Source of the DNA: Eledone cirrhosa
Taxonomy: Eukaryota
Assembly (NCBI GenBank): GCA_964016885.1
Contig: OZ024754.1
Location: forward strand, 10,664,001 to 10,728,000
Direction: 5' to 3'
DNA: 64,000 nucleotides
The position numbers and the translations under genes were made by a program. The notes below the pieces were generated by a model, which saw nothing but the letters and a program-made list of their open reading frames with translations, was not told the DNA's origin and did no database searches. This document shows, piece after piece, positions 25,400-37,544 of this stretch (position 1 is its first letter; every line of letters begins with the position of its first letter).

Positions 25400-26040
25400 A
25401 TCCATTGTTCATGTACATCAACATCACACATATTTCCTTCCACCATTTACACATCTTCCACATTCAATTACACAGTTTCGCTACCATAAACATTACACTT
25501 CACACACAAACATCATAAAATCTGCTCTTCACCCAGAGGGAGAATTCCTTTGTTGTCAGCAGCCATAATAGTCCCCTGAATATTTTCCACTCAATTCTTA
25601 CTCTGGCTATTATGCTTTCAGAACACCCTCCTCCATTTAATTAGTTCACCTTGGTAACAGAAGCTCCTTATTTCTAGGGAGCCACCCAAGCATTAGAAAG
25701 AATTTAGTTCATGGGTGCACTTACTGCTACCTACTCCAGAGTATCAGCTACACAAACCCCTCCTCAGTTAGCTTCACTGTGATCCTACTACAGTTTTTGA
25801 GCAGATAGTTTACATCAGGTTCACAGTACAGAGTTCCCGACCTACACTGTTTCTGTATTTGGAAAATGGTCACCATCTTGATAGTGAAATATATCTATTT
25901 TTGTTTCTATTCAAAGACGTTTGTCTTTGCGGAATTTATTCTAATCTTTGCTGCCACAATTGGTATTTCTTGAAATCTGTAACAGATGAAGCTATGAAAA
26001 CTATGTCCCTGGTACACAGGGTATCATTCACATCAACTAA
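25400..26040 (-). pseudogene. Heavily decayed RTE-type reverse transcriptase fragments
   Basis: Minus-strand reading gives 'DIVFIASSVTD', 'IRINSAKTNV', 'GGCSESIIARVRIEWKIFRGLL' and 'YGSET'. Confidence 0.6.
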
Positions 26041-26152
26041 GATCATATATATACATATCCATATCCTGAAACTGGGATTTAGTTTTCAGTAGAGATCAGT
26101 ATTTATATAAGAAATTACCATCACTTATTTTGTATACAAGTAAACCTAGGTA

Positions 26153-26338
26153 ATAACTGTTTTTACTTTTGGCACAAGGCCAGCAATTATCCCCAATACG
26201 TTACTGGTACTTTAGTTTATTGATCCCCCGTAAGGACGAAAGACAAAGTTAACCTCGGTGGGATTTGAACTCAGACCATAAAGGGCCGTAACTCTATGCT
26301 GCAAAGCATGGCATCCGATCCTCTACCGATACTGCCAA
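26153..26338 (-). mobile_element. SINE family 1 copy
   Basis: Family match. Confidence 0.88.
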
Positions 26339-26568
26339 CAGACAATAATGAACTGATTTTTGAAAAAAAAAAAATAAAATAAAAATAAAATAAATCACTT
26401 GCCACTTTTTTATTTATTTGCTTTTTATTGATTTATTTAGTACATTTTTTTTAATAAGTTTTGTTTTTAATCTTTTAAAACCATATGATGCTGTCTCTTG
26501 GTCTTTAAAAAAAATTTTGAGGAAATTTTATTTGGGTTTTAACAGACAACTGAAAGCCTAATTAATGA

Positions 26569-26646
26569 TAAGACCTATGTACTAGTTTTAAAACCTATGT
26601 ACTAGTTTTAAGACCTATGTACTAGTTTTAAGACCCATGTACTAGC
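26569..26646. repeat. 20-bp tandem repeat x4
   Basis: TAAGACCTATGTACTAGTTT repeated. Confidence 0.9.
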
Positions 26647-27655
26647 TCCTCCATTCCCTTATATAATACGTTCTGTAGAAGATGATATAATCCATAGTGT
26701 GCCTTTCTGCAAAGTATTTAGTTATTAAAGAATCTTTTTTTAAAAAGCACCAGTGTCTCATAAAGCTGGTAAATTTTTCAAAAGATTCAGTACTTTATTC
26801 CTTAAAAATAAATAAACAACTGAGGTGATGGTAGATCAGGTTGAGAGAGACAGAGAGAGAGAGAGATTAAATACCAAGTCAGAATTATAATGACCATTAT
26901 CATAAAGTAATTTTCTCTACATCCTATAACATTCATATACACCTAGTAAAACAGTTTAACCAGTGAATGAACTTATTAACTCTAGATATTCTTGTAAGGA
27001 AATGACTCATTTTTTTTTTTTTTATATATCCTTTGATCCGATGAAGGTATTCGTGACCAGGTAATAATTGTTTCTGGAGGTAATAATGATCAGTAATATT
27101 TCATGAAAACTCACACAGCTAGTTAGTTAACAGCAGTCGTGTCTTTGCTAGCTTGCTTCTGACACAATTTATTTCCTTTCTATTTTACTGTCTTCAGGGA
27201 GTTATGCTACAGGACTGTTTACTACAATATACTTTCAATTACATTGATCCAAGATCCAAGCAAGTGGATCTTTATTATCACGGGACTGATTTTATGGGGG
27301 GAAAGCTAACTGACAGGAAACCCAGAGATAGGCCACAAACAAGATGGTTGGATGACACACCTAACCTTTGTTGGCCTTGCCTGGGAGCCAGCCAAATCAT
27401 TTGGAGATGGGTCTTTCTGATAGGACCCTCTTCAAGATATATGTGAGGACCCTCTTCCCATAACCCTCTCAGGAATAAATCAGTGAAGAAGAAAAAGAAA
27501 AAAAAAAGAAAAAGGAGAAAAAGAAAAGAAAAAGGAGAGAGCCAGTCATAGAAGGATGAAAGATAAAGTGAGCCATGAAAGATGAAGGGTAAAGTACTCC
27601 TGGGCTGGGCATCATTCAAACTCAATGGGAAGGAACGTAACCAAATACTATAAAG

Positions 27656-27870
27656 CAGGCATGTCAAACTGAGGGCCCCCCCAGGGCCACATGGGTCATA
27701 TGTGTTGTCTGAGGGCCTCACACGACAACTAATTGCGCACATTACAACAAATGTTTTTATTTTATATTATGGAGATAAAACATGCCCATTCTGTAAAAAC
27801 CTTGTGCGAGCCACGGGTGTGCTTGTAAAGGGTCTCATGCGGCCCACAAGCCACATGTTCGACATGCCTG
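27656..27870. mobile_element. hAT (Charlie-like) MITE, 215 bp
   Basis: TIRs CAGGCATGTCAAAC / GTTCGACATGCCTG with a perfect 8-bp TSD CTATAAAG (27648-27655, 27871-27878). Confidence 0.92.
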
Positions 27871-29070
27871 CTATAAAGCATTTCATTCAATGGTCTATTG
27901 ATTCTGCCATTATCCTCACCTTAACAGCATGTATGAGTATTTCCTATTACATGACAATATTCCTGAAACAGGCAGTTAATTTAACAGGGTAGTTACAATG
28001 TCAAATGGAATGAATGTTCTGCGGTATTCATTTTGACTCTCTGAGCTCCGAGTTCAAATCCTGTTTTTCTTTGTCTTTCTTCCTTTCGAGGTTGATAAAA
28101 AAAAAAATTGCCAGTCAAGTACTGGGGTTCGATTCTCTCTCTCTCTCTCTACAGCTATTTTGCTAACTATTATGAGAAATAGGGTGGTCATTTCTGGTCT
28201 TTAGTGTTGGATATTTATTCCTTGTCTCTGCATTCAGATTTCAACTCCTGCCAAGGTTCACTTTGCTTTTTATCCTTTCAGGGTAGATAAAAGAAAGTAC
28301 CAGACCAGTGCTACTGTAGCGCTCGCTCTCTCTCAGTTCAGTCCTGGAGAGGAGATTGACTCCGCCAGGTTTAAAATACCCCAAAAATGCCATATGTCAC
28401 AGCAACCATCAGGAGTTACAAGTATGAGTATTTCCTAAAACAATTCCTAAAACAATTTTAGCATTCCTAAAACAATTTTATTGACAAAAAACAATTAGTT
28501 TACTTTAGCTATTTATTATTCTTACATAAATATACCACAACAAGAGGCATTCTAAGAGCATCTTCCCTGCTACAGCAGGGGGTTAGCTTTATGTGGGCCC
28601 CCATGACAAGATCTACATTTTTCCTATCACCTACATCCCCCATTACTAAACCCTGGCTTTTATTTCCCCATCCACCCAGGTTAGCTTTGCTTGGGCCCCA
28701 TGACAAGCTTCTATATTTTTTCCTATCACCTGCATCTCCCATCACCAAGCCCCTAGCTCCCTCCACCCACTCTCATATTTTCTACTGCTTTGCTTGTTAT
28801 GTTATGTAATAACTGGCTGCTCGCCTGGTTACATGCACAGCTAACTCTAGAGTTATTATGTGTTGTCTCTCAGACATGCTGTCTGCTTTGTTCATTTCTC
28901 TATATAACTAAGTACATTCAACAGAAGCTGGCCATAAACCCTAACCCTACTACCTACAGACAACCAGTCCAAAACAATGAACTGGTCATGATAGACATGT
29001 ATATTCTAGAGGTCATGAGTATTTCCGAGCCATTGTTTGCACCTTTTCAATAGCAAGAGAAACAAGTTCA

Positions 29071-29107
<37 letters not shown>

Positions 29108-29864
29108 AATAGCACTCCTGTTGAACAGTCAGTTCTGCCTTGATTTTTCTGTGTGTGTGTGTGTGTGTGTGTTCAGTGATGATCAAATTTCTATTTCAAA
29201 GAGAAGAGGAGGGAGAATATACTGGAGGGTCATATGAAGCCCTGTAATCCGAGAACAGCTTCAAGCAGTAAGAAATAAGATACGCGGTGGGGTGGAGGAG
29301 GAGGGGTGGGGTACATACTGAATGAATATTGCAGTAGAACAAACCACACATCAACTCTAACCCACCTTTTATTTCCCTGACCCTAACATTCAACTCAATA
29401 TTATTGTTTCCATTGAAATAAAATCCTGAAAGAACCTCGAATTTGGAAGGTAATTCTTAAACTACAGTCAAAACAACCGTAAAGGTTAGGGTGACAAAAA
29501 TATATAAAATCACACGATCTGTAATTACCAGATTGGCAGGGAACAAAAGAGTCATACGAAAAAAGATATTTTTTATCAAATATGAAATGTTTTTATCACA
29601 ATAAAATGCACCCAATACACTCTGTAAAATAGGTAGTTCTGGTGCCACACTGAAAAACACCCAGACCACCCTGTATGTTTTTATCACAATAAAATGCACC
29701 CTATACACTGTAAAATGGGTAGTTCTGGTGCTACACTGAAAAACACCCAGACCACCCTGTATAGTAATAGTGCTAGTGATATGATAAAAAGCACACACTC
29801 TACCCTGTAAAGCAGTAGTGATGGTGTCATGATAACCTGCTTCCTCATTAAAAGCCTTAAATAG

Positions 29865-30050
29865 AGAAAGTATTCTCTGGTTGATTTGTGTCGAGTCCAA
29901 ACTAGTAGATGAACAATGTTGTTTTCACCCCAGGCGCAGCACAGCCGACCAAATATCGTGGGAATATTGCCAAGAGGTATATTCTTGTTTTGTCAACCTT
30001 GAAAAGGCATATGACCTGCGTGTTCCCCGGGACCTGCTGTGAAAATCGTA
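29865..30050 (+). pseudogene. Decayed RTE reverse-transcriptase N-domain fragment
   Basis: 'VESKLVDEQCCF', 'CFVNLEKAYD..VPRDLL', resembling the Q.GF and F.D.EKAYD.VPR motifs. Confidence 0.65.
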
Positions 30051-30192
30051 AAATATTGACCCCTAAATGTAAGCTGACACCCTTTCCACCATCAATAGGT
30101 TTTTGTCACATATTCCTCAGCTTATATTTGAGTATATACAGTATATTTTATTGGACCTAATATATCTAAATTCTCTAGTGAACATACTAAAA

Positions 30193-30228
<36 letters not shown>

Positions 30229-30489
30229 ATCTATTTGATAAAAACAACAATAATTTGTAGTTCTACATGTTAGAAATTATATAACTGTTTCTTGGCACAA
30301 GGCCAAATTATCCCAGGCATTACTGGTACTATATTTTATTGACCTCGAAAGGATGAAAAGCAAAGTTGACCTTGGCGGGATTTGAACTCCGAGAGCAGAG
30401 AACAGGAATGAATGCCGACGTTCTAACGACTGCCAATTCACTGCCATGTTAGAAATTATATAACAACTGTTTTTAGGCCATTCTCTCCA

Positions 30490-30728
30490 TTAACCCTTTA
30501 GCATTTAAACCAGCTGGATCCGGCCAGAATTCTCTTGTCTCTTTCTGTTCAAACTAGCCATAACTGGCCATTCATACTTATGTTAAGGCATTGTTCTCAA
30601 AGTAAAAAAAAAAAAAAAAAACCCAAATCTTAGCGACTCAATATTATGAGAGATAATTATGTGAAGTAAAGCCTTTACCACAAAAATACAACAGTAAATA
30701 TAGAGCAATGTAAATGGTAAAGGGTTAA
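30490..30728. mobile_element. TTAA MITE family A copy
   Basis: TTAA-flanked TIRs. Confidence 0.88.
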
Positions 30729-30966
30729 AGCATGAGTTACATGGCTGTTGCTTTTTTTATATGTTTAGGTAATGTTTTACAGGTGGATGCCCTTCCTGGT
30801 GCCAACCCACTTAGCTGCCTTGTTACAACATCCAGAGATGTATTTATTCTAAACCAGATACACACAATATATCGGAAATTACACAAGCAAGAGAGAGTTA
30901 AATAAATCTAGATATTTTACAAGGTTTACATGAAGCGATTTCAGTGTCTCCTTCAAGTTTCTGAGT

Positions 30967-31177
30967 TTAACCCTTTAGCATTTAAACCGGTCATATCCGG
31001 CCAGAATACTCTCACCTCTTTCTGTTCAAACCGACCATAACCAGGCACTCATACTTATGTTAAGGTACTGTTCTCAAAATAAATAATATCAAAACCTCAT
31101 AGATTCAATATTATGTGAGATAATTACTGTGAAAATACAATAGTATATATAGAGTAATGTAAATGCTAAAGGGTTAA
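30967..31177. mobile_element. TTAA MITE family A copy
   Basis: TTAACCCTTTAGCATTTA...TAAATGCTAAAGGGTTAA. Confidence 0.92.
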
Positions 31178-31810
31178 ATCTTGTTATGGTCTACATTACT
31201 TGTTATTCCTCTCGGGTCTAATTCACTATATAATATATCTTCTTAAGATGTTATATACATAATTTTACTACTTTTATTATTACTACTACTACTACTACTA
31301 CTACATGACTTCACTGCTTAACTGAGCAAGAGCTCTGTAAATGTCCCTTAGGTATGAAGCGGGGTCTTTATTTGTCTTCATTGTTATTAATAGTGCTCTA
31401 CATATGTTACAATGGTGCCAGATAGAGCTATTTTTGTGGATGTGAGTAGAGAAGTGCAAGAATTTATAAATGCAAGAATAAATATAAGTAGAAATGCAAG
31501 AATTTTTAAACATAGTTATGTCTCTTTTTTTACTATTCTTGTTTTTAATGTTGTTTCTGGGTAGGTGGGTTCTTTTTTCTTTCTTTTTTTTTATTTTCTT
31601 AGTTTTTATTTTTAGCTAGTTGCTGCTTTCTTATTTGTGGATTTTTATATGTTTACAGCCACTTCCCAATAGACCTATTATTGAAACTTTAGCAGAAGAC
31701 CGAGAGAGGAGAAGGGCTTCGACAGGTTAAGAAATAATGCCCTAGAAACGCTGTATATTAATACAACGCCATTACGGCTCCCTCAAACTAATATATATAT
31801 ATTTATATAT

Positions 31811-32158
31811 ATCATCATCATCATCATTTCATTTTACGTCCGCTTTTTCCCTGCTTGCAAGGGTGGGACGGGAACTGATTCTGGCTTGATTTCTACAGCT
31901 GGATGCCCTTCCTAACACCAACCTCATTTACAGTGAGTGCTGGGTACTTTTTTGCCGTGGCACCTGAACGACCACTTTGCAGTGGAATGATAGGGATGGG
32001 GCCCCAGTCCCTAACATCTCATTTCTACAGCTGAGTAAACTGGAGCAATGTGAAATAAAGTGTCTTGCTCAAGGAAACAACACATCACCCGGTCTGAGAA
32101 TTGAACTCACAACCTTTCGATTGCAAGGCCAATGCTCTAACCACTAAGCCATGTGCCT

Positions 32159-32160
<2 letters not shown>
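31811..32160 (-). mobile_element. SINE family 2 full-length copy
   Basis: Near-identical to 24115-24456. Confidence 0.9.
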
Positions 32161-32226
<66 letters not shown>

Positions 32227-32264
32227 CTTATCGAGCCCTCTTCGGATTTTAGTCTTCACATTTA

Positions 32265-32312
<48 letters not shown>

Positions 32313-32347
32313 ACTAACAAATAGTTTATCGCTCTACATGGCTGAAT

Positions 32348-32731
32348 ATAATAAATGTATTCTGAGTTTTTCAAATATTAATAATAATATTCGATTCATT
32401 TGCAATTATGCAAACAGCCTCTTTAAAGCCATGTTAGTAGAATGACACTGTCATTCTTGCTATTGTGTTGGCATGCAAATCAGGCCAATCAGTCACTATA
32501 TTTTAGAAAATATCCTATATTTTCACTAACTGACAGTTGACAGGTAAACAGTATACTGCACTGATGAAGAGTAATCACCCAGAAACAGTGCCTGCAGTTC
32601 TGTTTTCATGCCAACACAAGAGCAAGAATGACGGGGATCATTCTATTGACATGGCTTTAAAGAGGTTGTTTTCATAATTGCAAACAAATTGAATATTATT
32701 AATATTCAAAAAACTCAGATTACATTTATTA
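32348..32731 (+). mobile_element. Palindromic element (~130-bp inverted arms) with a degenerate hammerhead core; Penelope pLTR-like
   Basis: Arms at 32348-32479 and 32604-32731. CTGATGA at 32561 and GAAAC at 32582 are closed by ACTGCA/TGCAGT. Confidence 0.7.
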
Positions 32732-32791
32732 TCCAAGCAGGGAAAAGCGGACGTAAAATGATGATGATGATGATGATATATATATATATAT

Positions 32792-33123
32792 GAGGAACAT
32801 GGCTTAGTGGTTAGAGCATTGGCCTTGCAATCGAAAGGTTGTGAGTTCAATTCTCAGACCGGGTGATGTGTTGTTTGCTTGAGCAAGACACTTTATTTCA
32901 CATTGCTCCAGTTTACTCAGTTGTAGAAATGAGATGATAGGGTCTGGGGTCCCTATCATTCCACTGCAAAGTGGTCATGCAGGTGCCACGGCAAAAAAGC
33001 ACCCAGCACTCACTGTAAATGAGGTTGGTGTTAGGAAGGGCATCCAGCTGTAGAAATCAAGCCAGAATCAGTTCCCGTCCCACCCTTGCAAGCAGGGAAA
33101 AAGCGGACGTAAAATGAAATGAT
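32792..33123 (+). mobile_element. SINE family 2 full-length copy
   Basis: A box TGGCTTAGTGG, B box GAGTTCAATTC, RTE-type tail. Confidence 0.9.
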
Positions 33124-33343
33124 ATATATATATATACGTACATACATATATGTATACAGACGTACAGTAGTGTGTATATATATATATATACATACATACA
33201 TACATGCACACATATATATATGTACGTATGGATTCACCGAACATTTATTATAATGCTCGGTGTGTTTGTAAACAAACATCCCGAATTAAGCCGTACAGCG
33301 TCTAGCAACCATCGTTGCTCATTTGTTCAACACTGACAAAGGA

Positions 33344-33386
33344 ACGCTGTACTAGTTTCAAGCTTATTAGCTATCGTCAGCAACGT
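33344..33386 (-). ncRNA. Minimal type I hammerhead ribozyme motif
   Basis: The minus strand reads ACGTTG-CTGACGA-T-AGCT-AATA-AGCT-T-GAAAC-TA-GTA^-CAGCGT. The core is conserved, stem I is 6 bp (one G-U), stem II is 4 bp, and stem III is the palindrome ACTAGT. A U-U pair closing stem II is non-canonical. Confidence 0.72.
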
Positions 33387-34259
33387 ATACCTTCCTGCCA
33401 GATGATTGAACGTCTGAAAGTATATACTTTCCTTATTCATATTAACGGCTGAGCAGCCTAATTTGCATATCGAGTGAGTTAATCGGCCAGGAGCACCGAA
33501 AACGATAAATGGAAAAAATGAAACGAAATTTCATTTCTCACTCTTAGAACGGCTGTTACTTAAATATAAGTATGTATACGTACATACATATATGCATACA
33601 GACGTACAGTATGTATATATATATACATACATACATGCACACATATATATGTACGTACGGGGGGGGGGGGGCAAGTCATACATTTCTGATAATGGAGAAT
33701 ACACACACACATGCCAGGGGAGGGGCAAGAAACATGCAATCAATTAAACAAAGACTAAAGATAAAGAGACAGAGGCACCAATTTTCTGCATGTTGCTAAA
33801 TTGGATGAAGAATGATAGAAATATCCAATAATAATTACTTAAATTACTTTGTTCAAATTAATAGTAATTTTCAACAAATGGGGTAGGAATTGAAATAAAT
33901 CAGAACTAATTAAAGGAAATTATATTTCTAATAGCTTGTCATTTAAAAAGCAAATTAATTGATAATGTTTGGTATTATCTCTAAGTATTTAGTAAATATT
34001 TTATTTCTATCACTGATAAAATAATTACAGGTCAACTGATTTTAATTAATATATAGCATTTTATATTTTTTACATCTCTCCAATTTTACAAAATTCAGGA
34101 AAATAAAATGAAACTTTCAATTACTCATTTTAAAATCTAATAAATTATTCAAGTATATATCAATATATTTATCAATTTATTGCATCAGAAGATATAAGAA
34201 AAAAAAATTGTTTTAAATATTACTAATAAATGCTTTCTGAGAGGAATTTCCTGGTGGTA

Positions 34260-34478
34260 TTAACCATTTAGCATTTAAACCGGCTGTATCTGGCCAGAAT
34301 TTTCTCACCTCTTTCTATTCTAACCAGCCATAACTAGCCACTCATACTGATGTTCAGGTATTGTTCTTAAAATAAATAGTATCAAAATCTCATAGATACG
34401 ATATTATGTGAGATAAAGCCTTTACCACGAAAATACAATATTTATATATATAGAGTAATATAAATGCTAAAGGGTTAA
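34260..34478. mobile_element. TTAA MITE family A copy
   Basis: TTAA-flanked TIRs. Confidence 0.9.
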
Positions 34479-34929
34479 ATTGGACATGGTTTGAACCAAC
34501 ACTGGTCAAAACCTAGGTAAGTTTTAAAATATTTCCCACTTTCCATATTCAATAAATACATCTGGCTCCTTGTTAACCTTCATAAAATTATTGTAAAAAC
34601 ACAGTCTTTAACATAATACAACTTTACTATTTCCTTTTTAAACTTTTCTTTAATATGGCCTTCAATTAACTTTATATAAATCACACGTTAACTCTTAACA
34701 TCCTGCAATGACTTAGAAAATTCAAATGTTTATAGTAGCATTATTAGAGGACAAATCTTTGTGGAAATTTGCAGTAAACTCAAGTAAAGTCTTCAATTTT
34801 TAATCTGATGCAGTCATAGTGCTGTCTTGTAATTTTCAAGAATGTCTTGTTAATGCCTAGCATCCCGTGTCACACGAAACTACATTAAGTCATAACACCA
34901 AAAATATTAGACATTTCCAGAGCAAATAC

Positions 34930-35165
34930 AGAAATAATTGTGGTATATATGTCAACATGAAAAGGGTTTATTTAATTCAGGGAGGGAACCATGAAACTTT
35001 AATGAAAAAATCCTACTGTTTTGATATAAAAGGTAATTTAATGGAATGGTTCAAAGGCCACTTATAAAATAAGAAATAATTCACATAAGTATAGGACTAT
35101 GGCTCTGAATATAACTGCATACATAAACAATGGTATCCCTCAAGGGTCAATCTTAAACTTTGAAT
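34930..35165 (+). pseudogene. Decayed CR1/L2-like reverse-transcriptase fragment
   Basis: 'FDIKGNLMEWFKGHL' followed by 'NNGIPQGSIL' (G.PQGS.L RT motif), interrupted by stops. Confidence 0.65.
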
Positions 35166-37060
35166 CACAGCCTTTTGGAAACTATATTTAAAATTATAAA
35201 CAAATACTGACATATTAAAATTACACTAAATACAAGTTTAATCCAGCTTTTAAAACATATCACTGAATTTATTGTTAAATTTGGGGAGGATCAGGTTATA
35301 TTACCAGAAAAATATAGTAAAAATATAGTAAAACACACTCGCAGGGAGTGTATTTTACTATATTTTTCTGAGTATAGAAGACGCAAGGGTATATAGCTAA
35401 CACCTGGGTATTTAACACCCTAGACTAGACTTACAATGTGCACCCTAGAATTAAATTTCAGTCATACCATATGCACTTGAAGCCTTCCAATTTTTACATA
35501 CACATACATATATGTATATGTGTGTGTGTATATATAGATATATAGTCCCACCCTTGCAAGCAGGGAAAAGCAAACGTATGATGATGATGATGATGATATG
35601 GTACCACAGAACATCCAGTCCACACTGTACAGTGGTCGTGTAGGAGACATGGTAAAAAGACTCGGTCCACACTGTAAATGTGGTTGGTGTTAGGAAGAGC
35701 ATCTAGTCATAGAAAACCTGCCAGATACTGTTCTATACAAGTGAAACACCGTCACCCGACTAATCTTGCCTCAAGTGGGACAATCTCATCTAATACATGC
35801 TAGCGTGGAAGATGGACATTAAATGGTGATGATGATGATTCTGGCAATATTATAACATGACCCTCCCCAAATATAACAATATCTGTTCCAACACACAATT
35901 TCATACCAAACAAATTCATCGCACTGAATTTATGACATATTCAAAATAATTCTGTTCCTTTAATATATTTATAAAGAAATTACCAAAATGTTAAATCAAT
36001 TATACATACAAGGTCACCATGGAATCATAAATTATGTTAATATTCACTAACTTCTACAACTAATTATATATAAACTATAAAATGAACACAAAAAAAAAAC
36101 ATTGAAATATTATCAAGTGAACAAAATAATATATTTACCACTACTGGAATTAACAGAATAAATACAAATCCCCAAAAGCCTTTAAAATCGAAAGATTTAA
36201 TTACCAAAAACTAACAACAATTTTGTTGTTTTGTTATTTATATTAGTAAAACTATATGGGATATATTGAATTAATGAATAGTTTTCTGTTATGAAAGAAA
36301 CAATGCTACACATATCTAACCCAAATAGGAATTTCTGTAATTCTTTTTTTTTTTTTCTAAAATGCACACAAGGTCGATTTTATAGGGCAGAGTGAAAAGA
36401 ATGACAAATTGAATTGAACTGAAAACAATGAGGTACTAAACTATATACCATTAAATATCTAGTTCAGCTAACCACCATTTGTAGAAATGTTACTGCTTAA
36501 CATACGATGACAATTGTTCCTTAAAATGGAATGAATATTGCCTCTTATAATGGCATCATGTTTTTCACGTTTAGAGGAGGGGAACTGGAAATTGTGACAT
36601 TAATAACTTTATCTTGGACACAAGCATCATCATTATCGTCATCATCATTATCGTCATCATCATCATCAAATTAAATTAGATATGATTATGAAAATTGTTC
36701 TTCTTTAGGTACAAGGTCTTATATTTTGTAAGAGAGTGACATAACCAACAAAATTGGTACAGGTATATTACCGGGCTCCAAAACTGGTTCCGCTGTGAGA
36801 TGTGTCGGGGCTCCAAATCTGGTTCCGTTATGAGACGGGTTCGGCGCAACCAACCAGCCTGTCCCACCTCATGACGGAGCCATCCAGTCCCACACTGTAT
36901 ATGTGGTGTTAGGAAGGGCATCCAGCTGTAAAACACCTGGCCAAATTTACAGTCCTCGCCAGAGCAAGGTGTGACAAGGCCAACCATGGCCAAACTTACC
37001 TCCCAGCGCGAACGACCCGTCTAATCCATGCACGCATGGAAGAATTGATGCTAAATGGAA

Positions 37061-37242
37061 ATAACTGTTTCTATTTTAGGCACAAGGCCAGCAATTACCC
37101 AGTACATTACTGGTACTTTATTTTATCAACCCCGTAAGGATGAAATGCAAAGTTAACCTCGGCGGGATTTGAACTCAGATCATAAAGGGGCGTAACTCTA
37201 TGCTTCAAAGCATGGTGTCCGACTCTCTACCGATACTGCCAA
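37061..37242 (-). mobile_element. SINE family 1 copy
   Basis: Family match; TSD-like AATGGAAATAA on both sides. Confidence 0.88.
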
Positions 37243-37544
37243 TGGAAATAATGTTGATGAACCTCCTTTTTTAATTTGGAAGATTCGTTATCATTATCAT
37301 CATTTATCATCTGATTTCCCAGATAGCAAGGGTTGGACAGGTCTCCTCCATAGACCAAGTCAATACTGAAGCGTGGCTACTGACCTCCCAGACAGTCGGG
37401 GAGTGGGCTGCATTTCACTTACATGCAGTCGTATGTTCTATCGAGTGCACAGGAGAGGTTGACATGTCTTTGACACAACTAAAGAGTCGTCGCAGCCCTT
37501 CTATGGCTGGAGATGCCCTTCCTATTACTCAATAATATATAAAT

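Noticed and set aside
27030-27120. Additional hammerhead (CCGATGA...GAAAA)
   Set aside because: The core is mutated and no stem I or III can be formed. The GAAAC motifs at ~23605 and ~31745 also lack CUGANGA.
32792-32862. tRNA gene
   Set aside because: The A/B boxes belong to a SINE head; no complete cloverleaf, and it continues into the SINE body.
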